DNA of 64,000 bases from Alphaproteobacteria bacterium. GTDB lineage: Bacteria; Pseudomonadota; Alphaproteobacteria; UBA8366. Positions 1 through 8,407 of this stretch are shown one piece after another (the first letter of the stretch is position 1; every line of letters starts with the position of its first letter). Where the stretch lies: NCBI GenBank assembly GCA_049601975.1, contig JBMYRC010000005.1, positions 6,494 to 70,493 of the forward strand, in the 5' to 3' direction. The notes under the pieces were generated by a model. It had not been told where the DNA came from. It saw nothing but the letters and a program-made list of their open reading frames with translations, and did not search any database. The translations under genes and the position numbers were made by a program.

Positions 1-857
1 ACGTTCCGACCAACGTCCCCAAATATGTGGATAAGGCGCACACCCGCGGCGCGGACGCCATTCAACTTGACCTCGAAGACAGCGTGCCGAATTCGCAAAA
101 GGCCGAAGCCCGAAAGCTCGTCCAGGAAGCGGCAGAAGTCGTCTCACAGGACGGCGCTGATGTGGTTGTGCGCATCAATCAACCGATACGCCATGCGATA
201 CCCGACATCGAGGCCTGTATCTCGCCCCGCATCGCTGCTCTGGCTCTGCCGAAATGCAACAGCGCCGGACATATTCAACTCCTTGCGGAGATGGTTGAGG
301 AGCTCGAGGAAGAGCGCGGGATGGTATCCGGCCACACCAAGTTTATGGCGATGGTGGAAACAGCCGAGGCCTTCTTCGAGCTGAAGGATATCGCGAGAGC
401 GCATCCGCGCGTCGTCGTACTTATGCTCGGCGGCGAGGATTTTGCACTTTCGCTGCACATGGAGCCGACCCCGGAGACGATGCTCTATCCCAAACAGCAT
501 GCGGTCATCGCGGCGCGCGCGGCAGGCATTCTCCCTTATGGTATTATTGGAACCGTCGCCGATTACTCCGACCACAACGCTTATCGCGACATGGTGCGGA
601 AATCGGCCAGGTTCGGCTTCGAAGGCGCTTCCTGCATTCACCCAGCCATCGTTCCGATGCTGAACGAAGGTTTCACGCCTACGAAGGAAGACGAATATCT
701 TGCCCGGCGAATTGTCGATGCCTGGGACGAGAATGAAGCAGCCGGCCGGGGCTCCTTTGAGCTCGAGGGCAAAATGATCGATGTTCCGGTGGTATTGCGC
801 GCCCAGCGCGTCATCGCGAAATGCGATGCCATCCGCGCGAAGAACTCTAAGGGGTAG
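1..857 (+). CDS. HpcH/HpaI aldolase / citrate lyase beta (CitE)-like lyase, 5' end cut by window edge
   Basis: Frame 3 is open from the left edge (..VPTNVPKYVDKAHTRGADAIQLDLEDSVP..). The blocks DLEDSV, MAMVETAEA, LGGEDFALSL and CIHPAIV are typical of CitE/HpcH family lyases. Stop is at 855-857. Confidence 0.8.
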   Translation, partial: VPTNVPKYVDKAHTRGADAIQLDLEDSVPNSQKAEARKLVQEAAEVVSQDGADVVVRINQPIRHAIPDIEACISPRIAALALPKCNSAGHIQLLAEMVEELEEERGMVSGHTKFMAMVETAEAFFELKDIARAHPRVVVLMLGGEDFALSLHMEPTPETMLYPKQHAVIAARAAGILPYGIIGTVADYSDHNAYRDMVRKSARFGFEGASCIHPAIVPMLNEGFTPTKEDEYLARRIVDAWDENEAAGRGSFELEGKMIDVPVVLRAQRVIAKCDAIRAKNSKG

Positions 858-999
858 ATAACAAACACCGCTTTCCCCGATCGAAGCACGGCGTAGAACC
901 GGGACCCAGTTTTCGTGAGGCATCTTACCTGACTAGGTCCCGGATAACGCTAAAGCGTTTCTGGGAAACCCATATCTTTTGAAATCAAAGAAAACAATC

Positions 1000-2112
1000 C
1001 TAACTCACAACTTCGACGGTTTTCGCCTTGATCAAGTCAAAGTCGATCTCGGCCCCAATGCCAGGCCCGTTCGGAGCGTGAACCAATCCATTCGCATCGA
1101 CCTCAATGTCCTGTACCAATCCGTATTTTTGCGATGCGTCAGGTAACAACACCTCAAAATATTCACAATTCCGGATCGCCATGATCATATGCAGATTGGC
1201 AACATTGTTGTGTGAATTGCCGCCGTGATGAACTTCGTAATTCATCCGGAACCCTTCCGCCATATGCGCCGTCTTCAAGCAGGATGTAAGCCCACCCTTC
1301 ACCGCGACATCACCCCGCAGGAAGTCCGTCGCTTGATGGACGATCCAAGGCGCGTATGAGGCTGGGTGGCCGCCGGGGGCGTATTCCGTCGCCATGATCG
1401 GAATATCCAGTTTCTCTTTCAGCTTCACATAATTCAGGATGTCGTCATCCGCGAGCGGATCCTCGTACCAATAAAAGTTCAACTCCTCAGCCGCCTTGCC
1501 GACACGCAATGCTTCTTCGTAGCGATAGGACCACGTGGAATCGAGCATGACACGGTAATCGTCCCCGACACCCTCTCGAACAGCCTTGCAGACCTCGATG
1601 TCTTCTTCCCACCGGGTCGGCGGATGGATCTTATATGCCGTCCATCCCTTTCCTTTAATCTCCTGCGCCTCTTCTACATACGCACCTATATCTTGGTGGA
1701 CGGGTGAGCTGGCGTAGCCGGGGACACTTGAGCGGAAAGAGCCCATTAATTGGTGAACCGGCAAATTGGCGACTTTACCCGCGATATCCCAGAGCGCGAT
1801 ATCGACTGCGCCAATGGCGCGCAGCGTCGTCGATCTATTGAACTGCCAAAGGCCGTGCCAAAGACGTTCGCGGTCGAGTGGGTTTTGCCCCATCACGACC
1901 GGCTTTAGATGCTGAATCAGGGACGAGGCGTCATGAATGGCGGAGCGCGAAGCCGATCCCAGAAAGGCATGACCTTCGACGCCGTCATCCGTCTTCACCG
2001 TTAGCAAACCCAAGTGCGAGCGGCCTTTGAATTCCGCCGTATGGCCGCCGTATTTAGTCGCGGGAATATCGTCCCAGGCAAACAAAGTCAGAGTCACATC
2101 ATCGATCTTCAT
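1000..2112 (-). CDS. enolase-superfamily enzyme (mandelate racemase/muconate lactonizing family, acid-sugar dehydratase-like)
   Basis: ORF 1000..2178. MKIDDVTLTLF N-terminus and the blocks YKIHPP, DSTWSY, YWYEDPL, MATEY are typical of the MR/MLE family. ATG 2112 has an AAGGGA SD about 8 nt upstream; alternative starts are 2121 and 2178. Confidence 0.8.
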   Translation of the reverse strand: MKIDDVTLTLFAWDDIPATKYGGHTAEFKGRSHLGLLTVKTDDGVEGHAFLGSASRSAIHDASSLIQHLKPVVMGQNPLDRERLWHGLWQFNRSTTLRAIGAVDIALWDIAGKVANLPVHQLMGSFRSSVPGYASSPVHQDIGAYVEEAQEIKGKGWTAYKIHPPTRWEEDIEVCKAVREGVGDDYRVMLDSTWSYRYEEALRVGKAAEELNFYWYEDPLADDDILNYVKLKEKLDIPIMATEYAPGGHPASYAPWIVHQATDFLRGDVAVKGGLTSCLKTAHMAEGFRMNYEVHHGGNSHNNVANLHMIMAIRNCEYFEVLLPDASQKYGLVQDIEVDANGLVHAPNGPGIGAEIDFDLIKAKTVEVVS

Positions 2113-2242
2113 CGCTTCCATCCCTTCCACACCAAATGCATATCGTCGTGTCGATCCTCCTATTGACCTAGGCAGCATCCCCTAGAGGACGAGAGGATAA
2201 ACGCGTTGACACACCTTCGAGCCGGCTATAGTGAAGATGTAA

Positions 2243-2300
2243 CGTGGTGATTTGGCCCGACCGGCTTGCGGCCACGTAAAAAAATTGGCTAAAAGGTCGG
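2243..2300 (+). promoter_or_regulatory. SAM-II-class riboswitch candidate in the metZ leader
   Basis: CGUGGUGAUUUGGCCCGACCGGCUUGCGGCCACGUAAAAAAAUUGGCUAAAAGGUCGG. P1 pairs CGUGG (2243-2247) with CCACG (2272-2276). It has the U-rich 5' loop, GGCUUGC, A-run and GCUAAAA blocks I recall from SAM-II (metA/metZ leaders of alphaproteobacteria). Loop CCGACC (2257-2262) can pair with GGUCGG (2295-2300) as a pseudoknot. The location upstream of a methionine-biosynthesis gene fits. Confidence 0.55.
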
Positions 2301-2315
2301 AGTGTTCGCAAAGAA

Positions 2316-2349
2316 CCCCTGGCCCCCTTTGGTCGGGGGATTTTTATTT
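2316..2349 (+). terminator. rho-independent terminator/attenuator between the riboswitch and metZ
   Basis: CCCCUGGCC (2316-2324) pairs with GGUCGGGGG (2331-2339): 9 bp including 2 G-U, with a 6-nt loop, followed by AUUUUUAUUU. It lies in the 5' leader on the same strand as metZ. Confidence 0.5.
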
Positions 2350-2386
2350 GCAGCACGCCGGCCCGTCCAACCTGTAGGAGGTTACA

Positions 2387-3583
2387 ATGGACGGTTCACG
2401 CGATTTATATTCGAGCGACTGGCAACCCCAGACGACATTAGTACGCGGCGGTCTTCACCGCTCCCCCCATAAAGAAACCAGCGAAGCGCTCTACCTGACG
2501 TCGGGCTTCGTCTATGACACGGCGGAGGAAGCCGAGGCCGCGTTTAAGGGCGACCACAAGCGTTACATATACGGACGCTATGGCAATCCAACCGTTACTG
2601 CTTTTGAAGAACGACTGCGTCTCCTGGAAGGTGCCAAAGCCTGCAAAGGCACAGCGAGCGGCATGGCAGCCGTCCATGCGGCTCTTATTTGTCAGCTCCA
2701 AGCGGGCGATAAAGTCGTCGCTTCCCGAGCCCTCTTCGGCTCCTGCCATTATATTATCAACGAGCTGTTACCGCGCTTTGGTGTCGAGACACATCTTGTC
2801 GACGGTACAGATTACGACCAGTGGGAAGCGGCAATCGGCTCCAATGTCACGGTCACTTTTCTGGAAAGCCCTTCAAACCCCACTCTCGAAATTATCGATA
2901 TCGCACGCGTTGCAGAACTCACACACGCAGCGGGGGGCAAACTCGTCGTCGACAACGCCCTAGCGTCACCGGTGGTTCAAAAACCACTCTCACTTGGCGC
3001 CGACGTGGTTATCTACTCCGCGACAAAGCATATCGATGGGCAAGGCCGCAGTCTCGGTGGCGCGATTTTGGGGCCGACGGAAATCGTCGAAGAAAAATTA
3101 TCGAATATCATGCGACACACGGGACCGTCACTTAGCCCCTTCAACGCTTGGATTTTACTGAAGGGTTTGGAGACACTTGATCTCCGCGTGGAACGACATT
3201 CCCGGAACGCACATCAAGTGGCAGCGTTCCTGAACAATCATTCGAGTATCTCAAAGGCCCTCTACCCGGGCCTTGCCACCCATCCCGACTACGCCCTCGC
3301 GCAGAAACAGATGCGCGACGGCGGCACGGTCGTGACGTTTGAGTTGGACGGTGGCAAGGAAAAAGCATTCCAATTCCTGAACGCCCTTCAAATTGCCGAT
3401 ATCTCAAACAATCTCGGGGATTCGAAAAGTCTCGTCACACATCCTGCCACGACAACCCATCAGCGGCTCGAAGAAGAGGAACGCGACCGGCTCGGTATTA
3501 GTGGCGGGATGGTACGTCTTTCCGTTGGCCTCGAAGACCCAATCGACCTAATTAGTGATATCGAACAGGCACTCGACGCCTAA
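2387..3583 (+). CDS. metZ: O-succinylhomoserine sulfhydrylase (Cys/Met-metabolism PLP enzyme)
   Basis: 398 aa with an AGGAGG SD 6 nt upstream. TLVRGG, YGRYGNPT, ESPSNPTLEIIDI and SATKHIDGQGR (PLP-Lys) blocks are typical of MetZ / cystathionine gamma-synthase family. A SAM-II-like leader precedes it. Confidence 0.85.
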   Translation: MDGSRDLYSSDWQPQTTLVRGGLHRSPHKETSEALYLTSGFVYDTAEEAEAAFKGDHKRYIYGRYGNPTVTAFEERLRLLEGAKACKGTASGMAAVHAALICQLQAGDKVVASRALFGSCHYIINELLPRFGVETHLVDGTDYDQWEAAIGSNVTVTFLESPSNPTLEIIDIARVAELTHAAGGKLVVDNALASPVVQKPLSLGADVVIYSATKHIDGQGRSLGGAILGPTEIVEEKLSNIMRHTGPSLSPFNAWILLKGLETLDLRVERHSRNAHQVAAFLNNHSSISKALYPGLATHPDYALAQKQMRDGGTVVTFELDGGKEKAFQFLNALQIADISNNLGDSKSLVTHPATTTHQRLEEEERDRLGISGGMVRLSVGLEDPIDLISDIEQALDA

Positions 3584-3610
3584 GGATTAATCGACGCGCC
3601 GGAGAATATC

Positions 3611-4231
3611 ATGTTGAAACTATTTTACTCACCAGGCGCCGTTGCCTTGGCCTCTCATATCGCACTTGAGGAATCCGGTCTCGACTACGAGACGGTTCGC
3701 ATCAATTTCGGAGACAACGAACAGAAAGCATCAGAATATTTAAAAATAAATCCGAAAGGTCGTGTCCCCTCATTGGTGACAGACAGAGGAATTCTCACGG
3801 AAACGCCCGCAATCCTCGTCTACATCAGCCAACTGTGCCCAGAAAAGAATCTCGCACCTTTAGATGATCCATACGCTTTTGCGGAAGCCCAATCTTTCAA
3901 CAACTATCTTTGTTCCACTGTACACGTCGCCCACGCACATGGCGGGCGCGGCCACCGTTGGGCGGACCAAGAGACATCCTTCGCGGACATGAAGCAAAAA
4001 GTCACCCGAACCATGACCGAGTGCTTCGAGTTGATCGAAGGTGAGTTGGTGAAGGGGCCGTGGGTCCTAGGCGACACATTCAGCGTCTGCGACATGTATC
4101 TTTACACCGTCGCCCGTTGGCTCACCGGCGACCAAGTCGATATTCGTCAGTTCGACAAGGTCGCGGCGATTTCCGATGGAATCGAGGGGCGATCGGCGGC
4201 AGCACGGGCAATTGAAACACACTTCGTGTAA
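3611..4231 (+). CDS. glutathione S-transferase family protein
   Basis: 206 aa. MLKLFYSPGAVALASHIALEE..INPKGRVPSLV is a GST N-terminal thioredoxin-like fold motif. Probably co-transcribed with metZ (27-nt gap). Confidence 0.85.
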   Translation: MLKLFYSPGAVALASHIALEESGLDYETVRINFGDNEQKASEYLKINPKGRVPSLVTDRGILTETPAILVYISQLCPEKNLAPLDDPYAFAEAQSFNNYLCSTVHVAHAHGGRGHRWADQETSFADMKQKVTRTMTECFELIEGELVKGPWVLGDTFSVCDMYLYTVARWLTGDQVDIRQFDKVAAISDGIEGRSAAARAIETHFV

Positions 4232-4250
4232 TCGAAAGCCCGTTTGACGC

Positions 4251-5129
4251 CTACTTCAATCCCGACATCGATTGCCCAATCGAGCGTGGATCGCGGGTCT
4301 TAAAGTTGCCCGTATCGACCGACACCAGAAAGGCTTGAATTAAGCCGTTGAACAAGTCGGGGTCTTCCAAATTAATGGCGTGACCAGCGTTCGGCATGAC
4401 CGCCAACCAGGACGTCGGAATTGTCCGTTTCATCATCAGGTTCGGATCGAGGCACGGCTCGTCCTCGTCACCAGTCATGATGTATGTCGGCACCGTCATC
4501 GCCCTCATCCCGTCTTGTAGGTCATAGAGCGATGGGCGTTCGCCTTGTACGCCAAGAAAGGTGTTGGCGCAGCCAAGGGGCGAATGCTCGTTAAAGCGCT
4601 TCACGAACGCAGCAAATCCGCGGGGATCTTTATTCTCAAATTGCACGCGGGTCGGCCCGTATGCATAAAACTGGCTAACGCCTTCCATCCCCAAATCGAG
4701 AAATCTTTGCGCAATTTCAGCGGTCTCTTTACGCCATTGGTCACGGTCACCACCCGCGCCATATCCGCAACCGGCTACCACGAGCGAGTGCGCCATCTCG
4801 GGGAAATTCAAACCGAAATGCAAGGAGGCAAAACCACCCATCGACAGCCCGACGATATGCGCCTTCTCAATGCCGAGATGCTTGAGCACGTCGCGGGCAT
4901 CCTCGGCTGCTCGCAACTGACTGTATGAGCTCGAATTCTCCGGCACGTCGGAGGGCGGGTATCCTCGCGCGTTATAGGCGATACAACGATAGTTCCGGGA
5001 GAAGTAGCTGAATTGCAGCTCCCATGTGCGCAGATCATCCGCGAATTCATGAATGAAAAGGATCGGCGTCCCCTCGCCCGCCTCTTCATAGTAAAGCTTC
5101 ACGTTATCGTCCGTTACCGCATAAGGCAT
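4251..5129 (-). CDS. alpha/beta-fold hydrolase
   Basis: 292 aa. HEFADD oxyanion region, nucleophile elbow GLSMGG, and C-terminal NAGHAINLE (His) are typical alpha/beta hydrolase features. Confidence 0.8.
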   Translation of the reverse strand: MPYAVTDDNVKLYYEEAGEGTPILFIHEFADDLRTWELQFSYFSRNYRCIAYNARGYPPSDVPENSSSYSQLRAAEDARDVLKHLGIEKAHIVGLSMGGFASLHFGLNFPEMAHSLVVAGCGYGAGGDRDQWRKETAEIAQRFLDLGMEGVSQFYAYGPTRVQFENKDPRGFAAFVKRFNEHSPLGCANTFLGVQGERPSLYDLQDGMRAMTVPTYIMTGDEDEPCLDPNLMMKRTIPTSWLAVMPNAGHAINLEDPDLFNGLIQAFLVSVDTGNFKTRDPRSIGQSMSGLK

Positions 5130-5146
5130 GACGCCCTCCCTCTCTC

Positions 5147-5521
5147 TTATTGTGATGCCGCCGTCTTTCGGCTCTCCATTTCAACCCCGACGCTATCGCA
5201 GTCGGGATATACATCCGGCTTCCGGGTCGATACCCGGGCACCCACGACGCGCTCCGGCCGCAGACAAATCTCCAGTATCTCCGCGCACAGAGTTTCTTGA
5301 AGATTGAAATGGCGACCGTCGACAATTTCGCGAATCCGCTCACGCAGAAAATCATAATCCAGCACCGTCTCAATCCGATCCTCGGCGGTATCTGGCGCCA
5401 AATCTCCCAACAAGTCCAACGAGACATCGATGATGATCCGTTGGGGATTTTGGCGCTCAAACTCATGAATACCGATGGAGGCAATCACTTCATAGTCGCG
5501 GAGAAATATTTTTCGCTGCAC
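5147..5521 (-). CDS. folB: dihydroneopterin aldolase
   Basis: KIFLRDYEVIASIGIHEFERQNPQRIIIDVSL..VLDYDFL..NLQETLCAEI resembles the FolB family. GTG 5521 has a GGGAG SD 6 nt upstream. The longer ORF to 5602 overlaps the upstream SDR and was not used. Confidence 0.75.
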   Translation of the reverse strand: MQRKIFLRDYEVIASIGIHEFERQNPQRIIIDVSLDLLGDLAPDTAEDRIETVLDYDFLRERIREIVDGRHFNLQETLCAEILEICLRPERVVGARVSTRKPDVYPDCDSVGVEMESRKTAASQ

Positions 5522-5537
5522 GTTTCGCTCCCAGGCC

Positions 5538-6290
5538 CTACTCGTTGAGGAAGGCGACGTCCCTTGGTAGCCGCAACAAAGTTTGGCCCCCATCGACGAC
5601 AATTATCTGTCCGTTGTACATACGCGAGCCCAGAATGAAACGCACGGCCTTCGCAATCTCTCCGATGTCGCTGGAGCGTTCCAAAAGATTTTTCGTGCTC
5701 TGTTGTTCAAAATCTTCTGCCGTTTGATCTCCACTGATGGTCGTTAAACCAGGTGCAATTCCGCAAACCCTAATACGCGGCCCAAGGCTCATAGCCGCCA
5801 TTTCGGTCAATCCCTTTAGGCCAAATTTACCGATCGAATAAGAAAAGTAATCCGGATTAGGGCTGAAAACTTTGTTGTCGAGCATATTGATAATGCAGCC
5901 TTCGCGATCCTCTGGAAGGGCCTCGGCGAAGGCTTTAGTCAGCAGGGTCGGCGCACGCAAATTCACGTCCAATTGACGTTGCCAAAGGGCTGGCTCCACG
6001 CTAGTTAGCCAATCCGGCTCGAAAAGGGACGCATTGTTGATCAGACAATCGAGCGGCCCAACCAATTTGTTACATTCCGGAATGAGATTGAGCGTCGCAT
6101 CCAAATCGGAAAGATCGCATCCAATCGTCTCCATGGAACTGCCCGATGCGGTCAATGAGCCGGCAAGGGCCTCGGCCTCGGATGCGGAAGCATTATAATG
6201 TATCAACACCCGCCACCCATCTTCCGCCAATGCTCGGACAATCTCGGCACCGATCCGTTTGGCGCCTCCGGTCACGAGTGCCGTCTTCAT
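5538..6290 (-). CDS. SDR-family oxidoreductase, pteridine-reductase-like (adjacent to folB)
   Basis: 250 aa. MKTALVTGGAKRIGAEI is a Rossmann motif and YSIGK is the catalytic YxxxK. Sits directly upstream of folB on the same strand. Confidence 0.75.
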   Translation of the reverse strand: MKTALVTGGAKRIGAEIVRALAEDGWRVLIHYNASASEAEALAGSLTASGSSMETIGCDLSDLDATLNLIPECNKLVGPLDCLINNASLFEPDWLTSVEPALWQRQLDVNLRAPTLLTKAFAEALPEDREGCIINMLDNKVFSPNPDYFSYSIGKFGLKGLTEMAAMSLGPRIRVCGIAPGLTTISGDQTAEDFEQQSTKNLLERSSDIGEIAKAVRFILGSRMYNGQIIVVDGGQTLLRLPRDVAFLNE

Positions 6291-6328
6291 TCAAAACTCC
6301 TCATTTCACGGACTTCCAGGGATATAGG

Positions 6329-6673
6329 TTATTTGGCGCAGCCGACGCAGGTGGGAATCGCGGGATCGAGTTCGAGGCGCTTTTCCTCAATTTCGTCACC
6401 GCAGGTCATGCAATAGCCGAACTCGTCCTCTTTCATCCGCGCGAGGGCGGCGTCGATCCGATGAGTCTCGTCAATACGACGGCGCTCCGTATCTACCGAC
6501 ATCGCTTGGTTCTGGATTTCGTCCATCCGCGAGAGACGGCCAACGGTCGTTTGATCCAAGACAACTGGGCGGGTGTCGTCGTGATGTGCCGTAACCAACC
6601 GCTCCAACTCTACTTTACGGTCGATCAATTGCTGCTTCAGCGCTTTCTCGTCTATGTCTTTGCGGTAGCTCAT
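6329..6673 (-). CDS. DksA/TraR-family C4 zinc-finger protein
   Basis: C-terminal CMTCGDEIEEKRL..IPTCVGCAK is a C4 finger, preceded by a coiled-coil N-terminal part. ATG 6673 is preferred over GTG 6703. Confidence 0.8.
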   Translation of the reverse strand: MSYRKDIDEKALKQQLIDRKVELERLVTAHHDDTRPVVLDQTTVGRLSRMDEIQNQAMSVDTERRRIDETHRIDAALARMKEDEFGYCMTCGDEIEEKRLELDPAIPTCVGCAK

Positions 6674-6765
6674 CGGTCCAATAAAAAGCGCCTTGCAGCG
6701 CACTCATTGTTGCATCTGTAACATTTTGCGCTCATATGGGTGTCGACGACAATGGAGAATCTGAC

Positions 6766-8382
6766 ATGGCCTATGCACTGCCCGCCGCGAGCGACGGTGC
6801 GACCGGGCATCCCGCGACGCGTCGGCGGACCTTCGCCATCATCTCGCACCCGGATGCCGGTAAGACGACGCTCACCGAAAAACTGCTGCTATTCGGCGGC
6901 GCCATTCAGCTTGCCGGTGCAGTGAAAGCACGTGGAGACCGGCGACGCGCCCATTCCGATTGGATGAAAGTGGAGCGCGAACGGGGCATTTCGGTCACTG
7001 TTTCGGTCATGACCTTCGACTATGATGGCCTAACATTCAATTTGTTGGACACACCCGGACACGAAGACTTCAGCGAAGATACCTACCGCACCATAACGGC
7101 GGTCGACTCCGCCGTTATGGTGTTGGACGCGGCACGCGGTATCGAAAATCAGACACGGAAACTATTCGAGGTCTGCCGGTTACGCGATATGCCCATCGCC
7201 ACTTTTATTAATAAAATGGACCGCGAAGCTCAGGACCCGTTCGACCTTTTGGATGAAATCGAGCAAAGCCTGGCCTTGGACGTCACACCTGCCTCATGGC
7301 CGATCGGCATGGGACGGAATTTTCTTGGCTGTTACGATCTCCTCCGTGACCGCCTGCTGCTGACCCAACGCAGCAAAGGCAACACGATCGACAAAGGCAT
7401 CCCCTGCGAGGGGCTCGACGATCCGAAGCTCGACGAATTACTTCCCGCCGACGCTATCGCCAAATTGCGCGAAGATGTTGAGATGGTGCGAGGCCTCTGT
7501 CCCGAATTTGATCTGGACGCCTACCGAGAAGGTACATTGACCCCGGTTTATTTTGGCAGTGCGATCAACAATTTCGGGGTGCGGGAGTTGCTCGACGGTA
7601 TCGGTGCCTATGCGCCACCGCCACGCCCACAACCGACAGCCAGGCGTGAAATCATGCCAGAGGAAGACAAAGTCAGCGGTTTTGTTTTCAAAGTTCAAGC
7701 CAATATGGACGCGAAACACCGGGACCGAATTGCATTCGTGCGCTTGTGTTCAGGAAAGTTTAGACGCGGCATGAAGCTAAAACACATCCGCAGCGGCAAA
7801 ACGATGACCGCGCACAATCCGCTGCTATTCCTAGCGCAAGACCGTGAATTGGCGGAAGAAGCATGGCCCGGTGACATCATTGGCATTCCCAATCACGGCA
7901 ATCTTCGGATTGGCGATGCATTGACCGAGGGCGAAGATTTAGCGTTTACCGGCATCCCGAGCTTCGCACCCGAACTGATGCGGAAAGTGCGACCGGAAGA
8001 CCCGATGAAGGCAAAGCATCTAGGTCGTGCGTTATTGCAGATCGCAGAGGAAGGTGCTGCACGCGTCTTCAAACCGGTGATGGACCCGGACTGGATTGTC
8101 GGCGTCGTCGGCGCATTGCAATTCGAGGTGCTCGCCGACCGTATTCGCACGGAATACGACATACCGGTTCGCTTTGAGACAAGCTCCCTACATACCGCCC
8201 GTTGGCTGGATTGCAACGATGAGCGCGACATTAAAAAACTTCGCGATTCCGGTCCATCGGCAATGGCGGAGGATCACGACGGCGCGCCCATTTTCCTGGC
8301 CCGAAACGCGTGGCACTTGGAAACAGCTGAAAAAGAATGGCCGTCGATTAAGTTCCTGAAGACCAAGGAACAAACGACCTAA
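6766..8382 (+). CDS. prfC: peptide chain release factor 3
   Basis: RRRTFAIISHPDAGKTTLTEKLLLFGGAIQLAG..DWMKVERERGISV..LLDTPGHEDF..NKMDR are GTPase motifs colinear with RF3. ATG 6766 has a GGAG SD 8 nt upstream; ATG 6736 is the alternative. Confidence 0.93.
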   Translation: MAYALPAASDGATGHPATRRRTFAIISHPDAGKTTLTEKLLLFGGAIQLAGAVKARGDRRRAHSDWMKVERERGISVTVSVMTFDYDGLTFNLLDTPGHEDFSEDTYRTITAVDSAVMVLDAARGIENQTRKLFEVCRLRDMPIATFINKMDREAQDPFDLLDEIEQSLALDVTPASWPIGMGRNFLGCYDLLRDRLLLTQRSKGNTIDKGIPCEGLDDPKLDELLPADAIAKLREDVEMVRGLCPEFDLDAYREGTLTPVYFGSAINNFGVRELLDGIGAYAPPPRPQPTARREIMPEEDKVSGFVFKVQANMDAKHRDRIAFVRLCSGKFRRGMKLKHIRSGKTMTAHNPLLFLAQDRELAEEAWPGDIIGIPNHGNLRIGDALTEGEDLAFTGIPSFAPELMRKVRPEDPMKAKHLGRALLQIAEEGAARVFKPVMDPDWIVGVVGALQFEVLADRIRTEYDIPVRFETSSLHTARWLDCNDERDIKKLRDSGPSAMAEDHDGAPIFLARNAWHLETAEKEWPSIKFLKTKEQTT

Positions 8383-8407
8383 CAATACATCACCTGGGGA
8401 AGACACC

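Noticed and set aside
144-923. Long antisense or alternative-frame ORFs inside recognisable genes. Examples: 144..923(-), 42030..42626(-), 44622..45176(-), 50543..51484(+), 53551..54555(+), 56064..56708(+), 19736..20305(+).
   Set aside because: This is typical of GC-rich DNA. Their translations are Arg/Pro/Ala-rich with no family resemblance, while the overlapping frame on the other strand encodes a clearly recognisable protein.
898-960. Inverted repeats (CCGGGACC..GGTCCCGG, and AACGCT-AA-AGCGTT) in the convergent spacer after the CitE-like gene, considered as terminators.
   Set aside because: One has a 27-nt loop and the other a 2-nt loop. Neither has a convincing U-tract, so I did not call them.
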